NCBI GenBank assembly: GCA_049976505.1
Contig: JBMFIC010000001.1
Span: 19,985 to 83,984 of the forward strand
Direction: 5' to 3'
Source: Nitrososphaeria archaeon
GTDB lineage: Archaea; Thermoproteota; Nitrososphaeria; Conexivisphaerales; UBA164
Length of the DNA stretch: 64,000 bases
The notes beneath the pieces were generated by a model, which made no database searches, was not told the DNA's origin, and saw only the letters and a list, made by a program, of their open reading frames with translations. This document shows, piece after piece, positions 63,178 to 64,000 of this stretch. The translations under genes were made by a program, and so were the position numbers. Position 1 is the first letter of the stretch, and each line of letters begins with the position of its first letter.

Positions 63178-63741
63178 GTGGAATGCATAGAGGCAATTCT
63201 TTCACGCAGAAGCATAAGAAAGCTCGCTGAGATCAGCATAGACAAGGAAACCGTTGAGCTACTTCTTAGGGCTGCGGCATCGGCTCCAAGCGCGCACAAT
63301 CTTCAGCCATGGGAGTTCATAGCAGTCGATGATAAGAGGATCATTGAATCTCTAGCAGAGCTTCTTAGATCGGAATATATTAAGAGCGGCCTAGCTGATG
63401 AAAACAAAGCCAAAAAGACGTATTCCGTTATAAGGTCCGCGTCCCTGATCATCATTGGACTTCTCAATCTCACAAGGCTCAGGGATATATCCCCGCTTGA
63501 AAAAACAATGGGAATCCAGAGTCTTGCAGCAGCGGCCGAGAACATACTGCTGGCCGCTCACTGCTTAGGCCTTGCAGCCCACTGGAGGGCTGTGCCGCTA
63601 GCTCGGCCTGATATATTCAGATCCTTATTTAACGTTCCCGATAACGTTGAGCCGCAGTGGATGATCGTTATCGGAGCACCTGCAGGCAGGCCACGGGAAA
63701 AGCCTGTAAGATCTGACGTCTTCCACTTCAATCAGTGGTAA
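63178..63741 (+). CDS. Nitroreductase-family protein
   Basis: ..IEAILSRRSIRKL.., SAHNLQPWEF. GTG 63178 is preferred, because the upstream part of the track ORF lies in the AT-rich divergent promoter. Confidence 0.7.
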   Translation: MECIEAILSRRSIRKLAEISIDKETVELLLRAAASAPSAHNLQPWEFIAVDDKRIIESLAELLRSEYIKSGLADENKAKKTYSVIRSASLIIIGLLNLTRLRDISPLEKTMGIQSLAAAAENILLAAHCLGLAAHWRAVPLARPDIFRSLFNVPDNVEPQWMIVIGAPAGRPREKPVRSDVFHFNQW

Positions 63742-63743
63742 AC

Positions 63744-64000
63744 TCAGGCTATTTGCTCTGAGGTTTCAGGATTAAGGAAGACTGTGTACTCGTTCATGAG
63801 AAATTTCTGCTCTCCAAGCGCCAGAAGGCCCAGAGCTCTAACTTTCTCTCCAACGGAAAGCTTCTTTATGCCTTGGATGAGTTCTGACGGAACGATAAGG
63901 ACGCCCTCTCCCGTGTCATCACCGATTATCGCTTCGTACCGGTTAGGCGTCTTCATGCTAGCTTCAGAGAGCACGATGAAATCCAGGCTTACGTATCCCT
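63744..64000 (-). CDS. OB-fold nucleic-acid-binding protein (RPA-like), N-terminus beyond window
   Basis: The frame stays open to the window edge (..GYVSLDFIVLSEA..). The pattern AIIGDDTGEGVLIV resembles the D(D/E)TG motif of archaeal RPA OB folds. Confidence 0.35.
   Translation of the reverse strand, partial: GYVSLDFIVLSEASMKTPNRYEAIIGDDTGEGVLIVPSELIQGIKKLSVGEKVRALGLLALGEQKFLMNEYTVFLNPETSEQIA

Noticed and set aside
1262-63545. The many 60-180 aa ORFs in the track that lie antisense to or nested within long CDSs (for example 1987-2475, 11476-11883, 20946-21485, 31549-31986, 35118-35555, 38656-39138, 57129-57551)
   Set aside because: Each overlaps a gene that has strong family motifs on the other strand or in another frame. 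Their translations are compositionally biased (Ser/Leu/Pro/Arg rich) and carry no motifs. These are typical shadow ORFs.
1-64000. Search by eye for CRISPR arrays, IS elements/transposases, integrases, rRNA, RNase P/SRP RNA, inteins, and recoding (Sec/Pyl) signals
   Set aside because: I found no regularly spaced direct repeats and no transposase, integrase or Cas-like translations. I found no rRNA-like or conserved RNase P/SRP motifs. The only in-frame stops within a homologous frame are the two TAA codons of the LhgO-like pseudogene, which also has a frameshift.

Overview
This is a densely coding archaeal chromosomal segment with genes on both strands and many 1-30 nt gene overlaps. All calls come from reading the supplied ORF translations and hand-translating or folding the DNA; no searches were run.

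**Why archaeal:** RpoK, aIF5B, Csl4, MBF1, ribosomal protein eS30, an L3-L4-L23-L2-S19 operon, archaeal-type PEP carboxylase, form III RuBisCO, and AT-rich TATA-like boxes about 25-30 nt upstream of many start codons.

**Content is mostly core metabolism and translation:**
- Threonine and leucine pathway genes, MoaA, two TtuA/NcsA-type tRNA thiolases, a THUMP methyltransferase, HflX, a GPN-loop GTPase and glycosyltransferases.
- Four tRNA genes: Arg-GCG, Gly-UCC, Gly-CCC and Cys-GCA.
- One short ribosomal protein gene (eS30) that is missing from the ORF track.
- One clear pseudogene (L-2-hydroxyglutarate-oxidase-like).
- One candidate C/D box sRNA.

**Not seen:** rRNA, CRISPR arrays, transposases, integrases or a recognisable defence island.

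**Loci most worth a second look:**
1. A four-CBS protein whose C-terminal ~100 aa looks like a bacterial HPF/RaiA hibernation-factor fold. It sits beside eS30, MBF1 and HflX.
2. A divergent PIN/NYN-like and orphan ParB-like gene pair, separated by a nested dyad-symmetric element placed between two TATA boxes.
3. Threonine-synthase-like and aspartokinase-like proteins whose catalytic motifs are replaced while the rest of the fold is kept.
4. The rpl3 gene, whose conserved N-terminus is reachable only from an ATA codon.
5. A tRNA-Gly(UCC) with C at position 33.
6. A ProB-like kinase paired with a YgeW-like carbamoyltransferase.
7. Several uncharacterised HTH gene pairs.

None of these is proven. 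Each needs the profile, structure or experimental check named in its finding.
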